NCBI GenBank assembly: GCA_021647505.1
Contig: JAKIUN010000001.1
Span: forward strand, 17,828-81,827
From: Gammaproteobacteria bacterium
Lineage (GTDB): Bacteria; Pseudomonadota; Gammaproteobacteria; SZUA-152
Direction: 5' to 3'
DNA length: 64,000 nt
Shown here: positions 41,248 to 51,186 of the stretch, piece after piece
Layout of the letters: each line of letters starts with the position of its first letter
Position numbering within the stretch: position 1 is the stretch's first letter
The notes under the pieces: generated by a model
What the model was told of the DNA's origin: nothing
Databases searched by the model: none
Seen by the model: the letters and a program-made list of their open reading frames with translations, nothing else
Made by a program: the position numbers and the translations under genes

Positions 41248-41300
41248 GATCGCCGGGTAGAACCATCTCCCAATATCGAGTTGTTTGATCTTTAGGCTGG

Positions 41301-41981
41301 TCATGGTGACGTTTTTAATTGCTCTTTGAGTTCGGCGACTTCCGCTTCCAGCCGACTGACCCTCTGTGCCAACTCGGACACACTGCCCCGCTCTGAAGTC
41401 GCGACGTCAATCGCAGACTGTGCTTGGCTTGCGTGTGCTTCAATGTCAATGGAACCGGAGAACATGTGCATGTACTCTGAGTCCTTGCGTCCGGGCGTGC
41501 GCGGGAGCTTCACTACCAACGGATTGCCTTCCCACTCGATCAGCCCGGCAAGGGTATCCACGACGGCAGAATTGTCGGTGAAGGCATGCAGGCGACCACT
41601 GCGCGATTTTAGCTCCCCAGGCGTTTGAGGGCCGCGCAGCAATAGCAAGCAGACAATAGCAAACTGAGATGGGTTAAACTGATATTCGCCAAAGTGTGTA
41701 CTGCAAAAGCGTTGTGTGAATTTCTCAACCCCACTCTTGAAATTCTCCTCAGCGCGTATGAGATGTTTGGCCTGCAAGTCGCGGGCGGTACGTTGGACTA
41801 TGCCTGGCTCCAGGGACATTAAAGGATCGCGGCTGGATTTCTGGTTGCAGGCGTTGGTAAGAGCATTAAGCGTCAATGGATATTGATCCGGCGTGACGAC
41901 AGATTTCTCCATCAGACAACCGATTACGCGGGCTTCGTTGGCGGAAAAATTCAACAGCACAGTTGGATCCTCATTAAACAT
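41301..41981 (-). CDS. YceH/DUF480 family protein
   Basis: EARVIGCLMEK, TPDQYPLTLNALTNACNQKSSRDP, LLLRGPQTPGEL. Confidence 0.93.
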   Translation of the reverse strand: MFNEDPTVLLNFSANEARVIGCLMEKSVVTPDQYPLTLNALTNACNQKSSRDPLMSLEPGIVQRTARDLQAKHLIRAEENFKSGVEKFTQRFCSTHFGEYQFNPSQFAIVCLLLLRGPQTPGELKSRSGRLHAFTDNSAVVDTLAGLIEWEGNPLVVKLPRTPGRKDSEYMHMFSGSIDIEAHASQAQSAIDVATSERGSVSELAQRVSRLEAEVAELKEQLKTSP

Positions 41982-41988
41982 ATTCCAA

Positions 41989-42258
41989 TTAACTCATAAC
42001 CCCTATGAATTTAGCCCCGCCATTTTTATTGCGGTTGCCATTTGGCCCGCGCCCTCCCGTATTTTGTCGTATAAGCCTAACCTTTTTAGCTATTAAGCCT
42101 TCCTTGGCAGGATGACACTCAAACTCGACGGTTGTTCCAGTCTTTAAATACTGGCAACGAACAAGGTCTGATTTACGAATCATTATGTCTGGACCAGAAC
42201 CATTATCGAGAAACCCATACTCTTTATCTTTGAGCCACTTTTTAACTACCGCTTGCAT
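41989..42258 (-). CDS. Cold-shock-domain protein
   Basis: VKKW...KEYGFL, VEFE, AKKV. Confidence 0.75.
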   Translation of the reverse strand: MQAVVKKWLKDKEYGFLDNGSGPDIMIRKSDLVRCQYLKTGTTVEFECHPAKEGLIAKKVRLIRQNTGGRGPNGNRNKNGGAKFIGVMS

Positions 42259-42460
42259 ATTTCACCTCAATTTATAAACGCATATTCCACGTGGGCATGA
42301 AAAGCCTGCCCACCCTATCAGGTTTTTTGTGGGGAGCCATCAGAGTCTGAACTACTACGAATTATACGAATTCCTCTATTCGAAAGTGAGCAGGATTATT
42401 GGAAAAATGTTGGAAAAAGGTAAGACTTGGTGTGGTGGGCCTTTTGGTTTTTTTGGAGGA

Positions 42461-42649
42461 TTATGGGCATTGCAGGGCTTCGCCGAGGGTGGTGTCGGGG
42501 AGGATAATGACACCACGGCTGCAGTGCAGGGAACCGGGTTTGAGGCCGGCGCTGACCACCTTGAGGTCGGCGTGTACCAGTAGGTCGATGATGGTTACGG
42601 CCTCCAGTTCTTCACAGCCTTGGGCTAGGGGGACAAGAACGCGCGCCAT
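42461..42649 (-). pseudogene. Truncated DJ-1/YajL family gene
   Basis: MARVLVPLAQGCEELEAVTIIDLL; stops after 62 aa, about one third of the family length. Confidence 0.85.
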
Positions 42650-43449
42650 GTGCGGAACCTCTGCATGTGTTTATCGAGAAGCTGCGAGACGGGCAGGATG
42701 TCGATGCCTTTAGCGGCCAGTAGCGGTAGTTCTTGCTCCAGTACCTCAAGGGTCTCGGGATAGGGGTGGCCGATGGCCAGGGCGATGCCGTGTTCACGGG
42801 CTAGACGCACGGTGCGACGCAGTTCGGCGCGGATTTTTGCGGGGTCGCGGTCGCTGTCGAGGAACACGTCGCGGCGGATGTTGGGCACCCAGTTTTCATT
42901 GGCGGCCTGTATCGCCACGCTGGTCTTGGTGGTGTAACTATCGACGAAGTAGAGCGCGTCGTGCTCACCCAGTTCCTGCATCAGCCAGTGCATGTGGCCG
43001 GGGTGTTGGGTGAGCAGGCTGCCCATGTGGTTGTTGATGCCGGCGAGGTGGGGCACAGCGGCGATGTCGTCACGCAGTTGGTGCAGGAACTGTTGCCGGG
43101 TCATGTCCAGGGTCAGGCCGCCGGGGCCGAGACGCTTGCGCTCCAAGGCCTCCATGGGCAGGTGCATCATGACCTCCTTGTTGAGGCTGTTGGCGAGGTT
43201 GGCCAGTTCGCGGGCGTGGGGGGTGTGCGGCAGGAAGGCGTAGGTGATGGCCCAGGGCAGGCGGATGGCGCGCAGGTCGCGATCACGGAGGTTGCCGAGG
43301 TCATCGATGATGATACTGATGGCCGGTCGATCCGGTTTGGCGATAGAGGGGAGAGGGTCTGCCGTTGCTGGCTGCCCAAACAGCATCCCCGTCAGCAGCA
43401 GAGCTGACAGGGATAGTGTCTTTATCAGGTTGAGTGGACGGGTTTTCAT
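42625..43449 (-). CDS. Divergent polysaccharide deacetylase (YibQ family)
   Basis: IIIDDLG, HLPME, GINNHMGS, FVDS, DVFLD, IAIGHP-type motif. Confidence 0.92.
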   Translation of the reverse strand: MKTRPLNLIKTLSLSALLLTGMLFGQPATADPLPSIAKPDRPAISIIIDDLGNLRDRDLRAIRLPWAITYAFLPHTPHARELANLANSLNKEVMMHLPMEALERKRLGPGGLTLDMTRQQFLHQLRDDIAAVPHLAGINNHMGSLLTQHPGHMHWLMQELGEHDALYFVDSYTTKTSVAIQAANENWVPNIRRDVFLDSDRDPAKIRAELRRTVRLAREHGIALAIGHPYPETLEVLEQELPLLAAKGIDILPVSQLLDKHMQRFRTWRAFLSP

Positions 43450-43487
43450 TTCTCTGGGTTGATCGATCCGCGCCTCTTGACGGAGTG

Positions 43488-44819
43488 CTAGCGGCTTTGC
43501 AGGATCTGTATCCCTTTGAGGATGTTCAGGGCCTCGTAAAGTTGGTAGTCCGTCTGTGCCAGAGGCAGCTCGGGTGCCTTGTTGTCGGTCTTGGCGTCAG
43601 GTTTTTCCTTGTCCGTATTCTTGCCTTCACCATTTTCCAGATGGCCGGCGAGATCGGCCTCTTTCAGGCGGCTATCCTCGGCGTGCTCCAGGGTGGTGAT
43701 CTTGACCGGCTCGAGGACGATGTCCGGTTTGATACCCTCGGCCTGGATGGAGCGACCGGATGGTGTGTAATAACGGGCCGTAGTGAGTTTCAGGGCGGTG
43801 TTGTTGTTGAGCGGCAGGATGGTTTGTACCGAGCCCTTGCCGAAGGTAGGAGTACCGACGATGATGGCGCGCCTGTGATCCTGCAGGGCGCCGGCGACGA
43901 TCTCGGAGGCCGAGGCGGAACCGCCATTGACCAGCACTACCAGTGGCGCACCATCGAGCAGGGTGCGCGATGTGGCGTTGAATTTCAGCTCCGAATCGCG
44001 GATGCGGCCCTTGGTGTAGACGATCAGGCCGTTGTCGATGAAAGCATCGGTGACGTCCACTGCGGCATTCAGTACGCCGCCCGGATTGTTACGCAGATCT
44101 AGCACCACGCCCTTCAGTGAACCGCCGTTTTCTTCCTTCAGTTTGTCGATGGCATCGGCCAGGTTTGCACCCGTGTGTGACTGGAACTGGGAGATGCGGA
44201 GGTAGCCGAAGCCGTCTTCGAGACTGCGTTGGCGCACGCTCTTTACTTTGATGATGGCGCGGGTGATGGTGATTTTGAGGGGCCTTTCCTCGCCTTCGCG
44301 GATGATGGTGAGGATAATGTCGGTACCCACCTTGCCGCGCATGATTTTGACCGCGTCGCGCAGGGTCATGCCCTTGACGGGTTTTTCATTGAGACGAATA
44401 ACCAAATCACCGGCCTCCACGCCGGCACGCTGGGCCGGGGTGTCGTCGATGGGGGAGATGACCTTGACGAAGCCATCTTCCATGCCGACTTCGATGCCGA
44501 GCCCGCCAAATTCGCCGCTGGTGCCCACCTGCAGATCTTTGAAGCTGTCGGGGTCGAGATAGCTGGAATGGGGGTCGAGGCCGGAGAGCATGCCGCGGAT
44601 GGCGTTCTCCAGCAGTTCCTTGTCGCTGACGGGTTCCACATAGTCTTTTTTGATGCGAGCGAAGATCTCGGTGAAGGTGCGCAGCTCATCGAGTGGCAAC
44701 GATGCTGTGTCGTTCTGTTCCTTCTCTTTTTCGGCAAGCACACCCTGGCCAATGGCCAGCATGATGCCAAGAGTGAGGCCGATGATGAGCACCAACAGGG
44801 TGCGCGTGTTTGCTTTCAT
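43488..44819 (-). CDS. ctpA: C-terminal processing protease S41
   Basis: LDPHS, GGLGIEV PDZ, LDLRNNPGG, SASASEIVAGALQD, FGKGSVQ. Confidence 0.93.
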   Translation of the reverse strand: MKANTRTLLVLIIGLTLGIMLAIGQGVLAEKEKEQNDTASLPLDELRTFTEIFARIKKDYVEPVSDKELLENAIRGMLSGLDPHSSYLDPDSFKDLQVGTSGEFGGLGIEVGMEDGFVKVISPIDDTPAQRAGVEAGDLVIRLNEKPVKGMTLRDAVKIMRGKVGTDIILTIIREGEERPLKITITRAIIKVKSVRQRSLEDGFGYLRISQFQSHTGANLADAIDKLKEENGGSLKGVVLDLRNNPGGVLNAAVDVTDAFIDNGLIVYTKGRIRDSELKFNATSRTLLDGAPLVVLVNGGSASASEIVAGALQDHRRAIIVGTPTFGKGSVQTILPLNNNTALKLTTARYYTPSGRSIQAEGIKPDIVLEPVKITTLEHAEDSRLKEADLAGHLENGEGKNTDKEKPDAKTDNKAPELPLAQTDYQLYEALNILKGIQILQSR

Positions 44820-45016
44820 GTGTAACTCCGTGGAGGTGCCGCGATGGCTTGCGATTCAGTGGGCGCTTCTAAGGGTCGATTGTGGCCTTGCTCTGTGGGG
44901 CTTCACAATCGATCATACCGGCGTGCCTGAATACTTACAGCGCAAGATTCCGCCGATTATGCCGGACTCGCGGTGAACTTGCACACCCTACCCTCGCGAC
45001 CGGCTGGGATGCTTGC

Positions 45017-46195
45017 TCAGCGACTTGCTACTTTTTTCGGCTTGCCACGGCACCACTTTAGCGGGTTGATGGGTTTGCCGTTGTGACGGATCTCGAAATA
45101 CAGCGCGTATTTTTCGTTGCCACCGCTGTTGCCGACTGCGGCGATCGCCTCACCCGCCTCGACCCAGTCACCCACTTCCTTATACAAGCTCTGGTTACCG
45201 CCATAGAGACTCATATAACCGTCACCGTGATCAATGATGGTGAGCAGGCCAAAGCCGCGCAGCCAGTCGGAAAAGGCCACCTGGCCGTGGGAGATAGCGT
45301 GCACCCCGGTGCCCTCTCGGGTGCTGATGCGGACGCCCTGCCAGCGTAGCTTGCCAACCTTACGCCGGCTGCCGAAGCTTGCCGTGATGCGCCCCGCCGT
45401 GGGCCAGATCAGTTTGCCGCGCAGTTGACGGAAGGGCTTGCCCTCGCTCAATTCCATGGGAGCCTTCGGCGGACGCTCGGCGATGCGCTTGAGCACACGT
45501 TGCAGGCTTTTTTCATCTTCCAGCAGTTGTGACAGGCGCTGATCCTTACCCCGCATGTCCTTTTTTAGCTGGCTCAGCAGTTGTGAGCGCTCACTGCGGC
45601 CCTGTTCCATCTGTTGCCTCTCATTGACCCTTTCCGTGCGGTTTTGTTCGAGCTGATGGGTCTGCTGCTGAATTTTCTTTTCCAGCGTGGTGAGCTCTGT
45701 AAGGTGGGTATTGATGGTCTGCATCTCCTTCAGACGGGCACGATTGTAATAGTCGTAATAGGTGAGGATGCGTGCCACGGCGGCGGGATCTTGCTGACTG
45801 AGAAGGATCTTCAGGTATTCCTGTTGGCCGCTGGTATAGGCGGCGCGTAGCTGCCGGGCGAGGGCGAGGTGCTGCTGGCGAAGGTTACCGTGCAGGCCTT
45901 TCTGTTTTTTCTGCAGCGTCTTTAGTTCATGGTTCTGTCGATGGATTTGTTGGTCGAGTTCGCGCAGCAGGGCGGCGGTCTTGCCGATGCGTTTTTCCAT
46001 ATTGCGCAGACGGGATTGCAGGGATTGCCGGCGCTGGCGGTCGCTATCCAGCTCGCTGCGCAGGTCGTGGATTTGCTGGCGCAGTTGCTGCAGGCGATCG
46101 GCGTTGTCGGCCAGGCCGTCCATTGGCAGGGTGCCGAAAAAGAGGCTGAACAGAAAGAGTAGTGGCAGGGGCACGGCGTGGCGGACATCAGTCAT
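45017..46195 (-). CDS. envC: Murein hydrolase activator (coiled coil + M23)
   Basis: Long coiled coil; WLRGFG...IIDHG, LYFEIR; lies between gpmI and ctpA. Confidence 0.88.
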   Translation of the reverse strand: MTDVRHAVPLPLLFLFSLFFGTLPMDGLADNADRLQQLRQQIHDLRSELDSDRQRRQSLQSRLRNMEKRIGKTAALLRELDQQIHRQNHELKTLQKKQKGLHGNLRQQHLALARQLRAAYTSGQQEYLKILLSQQDPAAVARILTYYDYYNRARLKEMQTINTHLTELTTLEKKIQQQTHQLEQNRTERVNERQQMEQGRSERSQLLSQLKKDMRGKDQRLSQLLEDEKSLQRVLKRIAERPPKAPMELSEGKPFRQLRGKLIWPTAGRITASFGSRRKVGKLRWQGVRISTREGTGVHAISHGQVAFSDWLRGFGLLTIIDHGDGYMSLYGGNQSLYKEVGDWVEAGEAIAAVGNSGGNEKYALYFEIRHNGKPINPLKWCRGKPKKVASR

Positions 46196-46267
46196 GGAGT
46201 GCTGCGGATGGTACCGCAAGAGAGGCTGAGACGAGAAGCCTGCGGGGCTGGACGGCCCCGCAGTAGG

Positions 46268-47842
46268 TCAGTCTTCTTCGTTGCCGGCATTTTGCTCGGC
46301 ATCGAGCATCACCAGCGAGTGGCCGCCCATCTCCGGCGGGATTTCCAGGCCCATCAGATGTAGCAGGGTGGGTCCGACATCGCACAGGGAGCCATGCCCC
46401 TCGAGCCGTGCCGGGCGACCGAGGTAGATCAGCGGCACCGGGTTGCTGGTGTGGGCGGTGTGTGGCTGGCCGGTTTCTGCGTCGGCCATGCGTTCGGCGT
46501 TGCCGTGGTCGGCGGTGATCAATGCTTCACCGCCGACCTTCCGCAGGGCCTCGACGACCCGGCCCAGGCAGCTGTCCAGGGCCTCGATGGCCTCCACCGT
46601 CGCATCGAACTTACCGGTGTGGCCGACCATGTCGGGGTTGGCGTAGTTGCAGATGATGGTGTCGTACTTGCCGCTTTCGATGGCGGCGATCAGCTTGTCG
46701 GTGAGTTCGGGTGCACTCATCTCCGGTTGTTCGTCATAGGTGGCGACGTTCGGCGAGGGGACGAGGATACGGTCTTCGCCCTCGAAGGGCTCTTCACGGC
46801 CACCGTTGAAGAAGAAGGTGACGTGGGCGTATTTCTCCGTTTCGGCGATGCGCAGTTGGCGCAGACCCTGTTCGGCGATATATTCGCCGAAGACGTTTTT
46901 CAAGCGTTCAGGCGGGAAGGCCACGGGTACGTCGAAGTCGGCGCTGTATTCGGTGAGGCTGATAAAGGCGCCCAGCCTTGGTTTGGCGGAGCGTTCGAAA
47001 CAGTTAAAGTCCGTTTCGATGAAGGGGCGGGTGATCTGACGCGCGCGGTCGGAACGGTAGTTCATGAATACCATCACATCACCATCCTCAATGGTGACGG
47101 GGCTTTCGCCTGCGGGCACGATGGCCGTGGCGAGAACGAATTCATCGTTTTCACCACGCGCATAGGCGGCCTGTAAGGCGCTCAGTGCATCCTGGGCCTG
47201 GTGCTCGGACTGACCCTGGGTGATGAGATCGTAGGCCGCCTGAATGCGTGGCCAGCGATGGTCGCGATCCATGGCGTAATAACGCCCGATGATGGAGGCG
47301 AAGCGACCGCTGCCCAGTTCCTCGAACACTTTCTGCATGTTGGTGAGGTAGGTTTCGGCGCTCTTCGGTGGTGTGTCCCGGCCGTCAAGAAAGGCGTGCA
47401 GGTAGACGCGTTTCGCGCCGCGCTCCACCGCCAGGCGGATCATGGCCTGGATGTGTTCTTCGTGGCTGTGTACACCACCGTCCGACAACAGGCCGAGGAT
47501 GTGCAGGGCCTTGTCAGTCTCGATGGCCTGGTCGACGGCATTGGTCAGGGTCAGATTGGTGAAGAATGAACCGGTGCGGATGGCGCGGCTGACGCGGGTG
47601 AATTCCTGATACACCACACGCCCGGCGCCGAGATTCAGGTGGCCGACCTCGGAATTACCCATCTGCCCGCTGGGCAGGCCGACTTCCGCCCCGGAGCCCT
47701 TGATGAGGATGTGTGGATGCTGTGCCCAGAGCTTGTCCCACTGCGGTTTGCGTGCGCTGTAGATGGCGTTGGCTTCAGGGTCTTCGCTATAGCCCCAGCC
47801 GTCGAGAATGATCGCGATAATCGGGGAGGGAGGTGTAGGCAT
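46268..47842 (-). CDS. gpmI: 2,3-BPG-independent phosphoglycerate mutase
   Basis: [46 protein letters not shown]. Confidence 0.98.
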   Translation of the reverse strand: MPTPPSPIIAIILDGWGYSEDPEANAIYSARKPQWDKLWAQHPHILIKGSGAEVGLPSGQMGNSEVGHLNLGAGRVVYQEFTRVSRAIRTGSFFTNLTLTNAVDQAIETDKALHILGLLSDGGVHSHEEHIQAMIRLAVERGAKRVYLHAFLDGRDTPPKSAETYLTNMQKVFEELGSGRFASIIGRYYAMDRDHRWPRIQAAYDLITQGQSEHQAQDALSALQAAYARGENDEFVLATAIVPAGESPVTIEDGDVMVFMNYRSDRARQITRPFIETDFNCFERSAKPRLGAFISLTEYSADFDVPVAFPPERLKNVFGEYIAEQGLRQLRIAETEKYAHVTFFFNGGREEPFEGEDRILVPSPNVATYDEQPEMSAPELTDKLIAAIESGKYDTIICNYANPDMVGHTGKFDATVEAIEALDSCLGRVVEALRKVGGEALITADHGNAERMADAETGQPHTAHTSNPVPLIYLGRPARLEGHGSLCDVGPTLLHLMGLEIPPEMGGHSLVMLDAEQNAGNEED

Positions 47843-48413
47843 GGATTCGTATCATCTTCTTTAGCTTGCGCGCGGCTCGCGCAGGAGCGCGGAATTTTAA
47901 ACGATTTCCGCCGTGCCTGGAAAGCATGAAGAGTGATCCTGCGGGTGGATCAGATGATAAAAAACCTTTTGATTCTTCGCCCAAATGTTTTATGAGGCTC
48001 TGCGCAACCTTTCTTGCTTATTGATTTTAAACGAAATATTCTCTTGGTGGCCTGTCGTTTTCGAGAGCGCCTGTCTCGCGAGCGGGGCGAATGTATGGGT
48101 GTAGTACAAGGCTTCTGTATCTTGTTCACGCCCCTCACCTATGCCCGTGTAGGCGATATCTTGATTCGTAGGGCGAATGAAAACTTTGAGCGTAACCCTT
48201 TGCCTTGCGCGATTTTTATGCAAATGTATGAAATAGTCGGATTAGTGTTTCGGATTATTCTGAATTAACATAGTCATATATTACTGTATTTTACTTTGGT
48301 AATATTTCTGCGGGGCGGTGTATGTCCGCTAGCGTTAGTAATTCGGGCATCCTTGTGCTTCGTCAATATCGCCGTGACGGAGACGAGTGACGGCCAAATC
48401 AGGGTGTTGTGCT

Positions 48414-48725
48414 ATGAGTGACTCGGAACATTTAATTACTCGCGATGAAGATATAGAGCGCGCCTCGCGTTCTATCAAGGCCATGTCGCATCCCTTGCGG
48501 CTGAAGATTCTCTGTGCCCTGGGCGGCAAGGAGGTTAGTGTGCAGGACATCGTCGGCATGGTGGGCACCTCGCAGAGCAATATATCCCAACATCTGGCCA
48601 TTCTGCGCGACAAGGGTATTCTGGTGTCGCGCAAGGACGCCAACCGTGTCTATTACCGTATCGGTGATGCGCGAACCCTGCGCCTCATCAGTATGATGCG
48701 CGAGGTTTTTTGTTCCGCCGATTAG
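48414..48725 (+). CDS. ArsR/SmtB regulator (BigR/SqrR-like)
   Basis: KAMSHPLRLKILC, SQSNISQHLAILR, C-terminal VFC. Confidence 0.9.
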   Translation: MSDSEHLITRDEDIERASRSIKAMSHPLRLKILCALGGKEVSVQDIVGMVGTSQSNISQHLAILRDKGILVSRKDANRVYYRIGDARTLRLISMMREVFCSAD

Positions 48726-48990
48726 GATCTGTTGACGCTCTATTTTCATCACTGTTGCGTCTGAAAAAGCGCCAATCAAGGCGCGAGGAGAGAAGTTTGG
48801 TGACTGCAAATAAACGACGAGCAACGCCGAGTGGCGCTTTTTCAGACGCAACCCGCAGGGCTGGGCCGCTTTTTCCGCCCTGCGGCGTTGTCAGTCGCTT
48901 GTGTAGAACAACTACACAGCACTCCTTCCGCCTTGCAGGACAAAAAAAGCGGCTCCAGCAGTGGGGAAAATAGAGCGTCAACAGACCCTA
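48723..48990. mobile_element. 268-bp MITE with IS5-like ends
   Basis: TAGGATCTGTTGACGCTCTATTTTC ... GAAAATAGAGCGTCAACAGACCCTA (24/25); TA at both ends; overlaps the arsR stop. Confidence 0.85.
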
Positions 48991-49122
48991 ATGCCAACTG
49001 GCCCCTGGTACTTCGGCAAGGCAACAACTCTTTAACCCGCGATACCACGCTGATGGCTTGAGTTTCCCGCCTTTCCGCTATATCGTCCGCCCACTTTCCA
49101 CTCAAACGATCCCAAAAAAACT

Positions 49123-50010
49123 ATGCAGCAACTCAGCGCGTTCTTTGTCACCAACTGGCCCCTGCTTCTGGCCCTGATCATCATTCTTTTTATGCTGGTT
49201 CGTTCCTACGTCGGTCCCGGCGCTTCCAAGCCCGTGAGTCCCATGGAACTCCTGCAGCTGATCAATCACCAGAATGCCCTGGTGCTGGATGTGCGTACGG
49301 ACAAGGAACACCGGGACGGTCATATCATCAACTCCATGCATATTCCAGTGAGCAGACTCACCGACCAGTTGTCGCAGCTGGCGGCGTACAAGCACTCCTC
49401 CGTCGTGGTCGTATGCCGCAATGGCGCCCGTTCCGCACAGGCCGCAGGTACCCTGAGAAAGGCGGGCTTTGAGCAGGTGCACAACCTCGCCGGTGGCATC
49501 ACGGCCTGGCAGAACGCCAACATGCCGCTGACTACGGAGAAAGGGAAGCCACCGAAGCCGGCTGTTGACGCAGATGAACCTACGGACAAGACAGAGGAAA
49601 AGAAGACGGTCAAGAAAGAGGCCAAGGCCAAGAAAAAGGCCAGGGAGAGAAAAGAGAGAGAAGAAACCAAGGCCATTGGTCAGGATGCGCCGGCCGATGA
49701 ACAGACGCCGCCGGAAGAGACAGAACAGACGGAAGAAACCACCCACAGTCCGGAGATCACCATTTACACTGCGGCGCACTGTCCTTTCTGCGTACGCGCC
49801 ATCCAGCTCTTGAAAGATAAGGGCGTCGCCTACATTGAAATAGACGTGGGTGGCGAGCCCGAGCTACGCGAGGAAATGACGCAGAAAGCCGGCGCGGATT
49901 CTGTGCCGCAGATCTTTGTCGATGGCAAGCACATCGGCGACTGCGAGGGTATCCATGCCCTGGATGCACAGGGCAAGCTGGATGAGTTATTGGGTAATGG
50001 TCAATCGTGA
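49123..50010 (+). CDS. Membrane-anchored rhodanese (YibN-like)-glutaredoxin 3 fusion
   Basis: N-terminal TM, LDVRT, CRNGAR, NLAGGITAW; charged linker; CPFC, SVPQIF, HIGD. Confidence 0.88.
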   Translation: MQQLSAFFVTNWPLLLALIIILFMLVRSYVGPGASKPVSPMELLQLINHQNALVLDVRTDKEHRDGHIINSMHIPVSRLTDQLSQLAAYKHSSVVVVCRNGARSAQAAGTLRKAGFEQVHNLAGGITAWQNANMPLTTEKGKPPKPAVDADEPTDKTEEKKTVKKEAKAKKKARERKEREETKAIGQDAPADEQTPPEETEQTEETTHSPEITIYTAAHCPFCVRAIQLLKDKGVAYIEIDVGGEPELREEMTQKAGADSVPQIFVDGKHIGDCEGIHALDAQGKLDELLGNGQS

Positions 50011-50125
50011 GCAACGCGATCACGGTAGACGCTTGTGGCCCAGATGGCGGTGGTTATTGCACTGGAGCTGGACAGAGGTGACGGCAGGCTCTATGTAATT
50101 TTATTCGCAACCTCGGAGGAAATCT

Positions 50126-50560
50126 ATGGCCGATTCCCTGCATATTGTGTGTCCCCACTGTGATGGCATCAACCGCGTGCCGCAGGCAAAGCTGAGCGCC
50201 GATCCCAAGTGCGGTGTTTGCCACAAGCCCCTCTTCAGCGGTGAGCCACTGGCCCTGAATAGCGCCCGTTTTCAGCGACATCTGGGCAAGGGTGATCTGC
50301 CCCTGCTGGTGGATTTTTGGGCGGCCTGGTGCGGGCCGTGCAAGACGATGGCGCCAGTATTTGCGCAGGCTGCGGGGCAGCTCGAACCACAGGTGCGCTT
50401 GATAAAAATCAACAGCGAAGAAGAGCAGCCGCTCTCTTCCCAGCTGGGTATTCGCAGTATTCCTACCCTCATTCTCTACAAAAAAGGTCAGGAGGTGGCG
50501 CGTATGTCTGGCGCCCTGGATCTGGGCAATCTGCTGGCCTGGACACGCCAATACCTCTAG
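50126..50560 (+). CDS. trxC: Thioredoxin 2 (Zn-binding)
   Basis: CPHC...CGVC, WCGPC, IRSIPT. Confidence 0.93.
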   Translation: MADSLHIVCPHCDGINRVPQAKLSADPKCGVCHKPLFSGEPLALNSARFQRHLGKGDLPLLVDFWAAWCGPCKTMAPVFAQAAGQLEPQVRLIKINSEEEQPLSSQLGIRSIPTLILYKKGQEVARMSGALDLGNLLAWTRQYL

Positions 50561-50682
50561 AGGTGCGGGTGCGGCGGGTGCAGAGTGTCGGGTTTACCTG
50601 TTTCAATTTCGTGGATGAGCCAGTAGACTTCCCGCACGTTTGAAACGGCCCCGAGCCGGGCCCCGCACACGGAATTATCGCC

Positions 50683-51183
50683 ATGTCAGAACCAGAGCAA
50701 GAAGCTATCGCACAGAGCGACCAGCCGCAACAGCAGTTCGCCCTGCAAAAGATCTATCTCAAGGACATCTCCTTTGAAACCCCAAACTCTCCGGCCATTT
50801 TCACTGAAAAATGGGAGCCCTCGGTCAACGTCGAGTTGCAGTCATCGGGCAAGCCCCTGGACGAGAACATCCACGACGTGGTGCTGACGGTCACGGTCAC
50901 CGCCAAACTGGGTGAGAAGACCGCCTACCTGGTGGAAGTGCAGCAGGCCGGCGTATTCACCGTGGCCGGTTTTGGCGACGAAGAGCGTACCCACATGCTG
51001 GGTAGTTACTGCCCCAACATCCTTTTCCCCTATGCGCGTGAAGCCATTTCCGACTTGGTTGCCAAGGGCGGCTTCCCGCAGATGCTGCTGGGGCCGGTGA
51101 ATTTCGACGCCATGTACACGGAGCACCTGCAACGCCAGCAGGCGAAACCGACCCAGAGTGACGGCGAAGTCGCCGTTCACTAG
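50683..51183 (+). CDS. secB: Protein export chaperone
   Basis: KIYLKDISFETP, EVQQAGVF, CPNILFPYARE, GGFP. Confidence 0.96.
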   Translation: MSEPEQEAIAQSDQPQQQFALQKIYLKDISFETPNSPAIFTEKWEPSVNVELQSSGKPLDENIHDVVLTVTVTAKLGEKTAYLVEVQQAGVFTVAGFGDEERTHMLGSYCPNILFPYAREAISDLVAKGGFPQMLLGPVNFDAMYTEHLQRQQAKPTQSDGEVAVH

Positions 51184-51186
51184 GCC

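Noticed and set aside
48688-48981. Small ORFs downstream of arsR
   Set aside because: They lie mostly within the palindromic MITE
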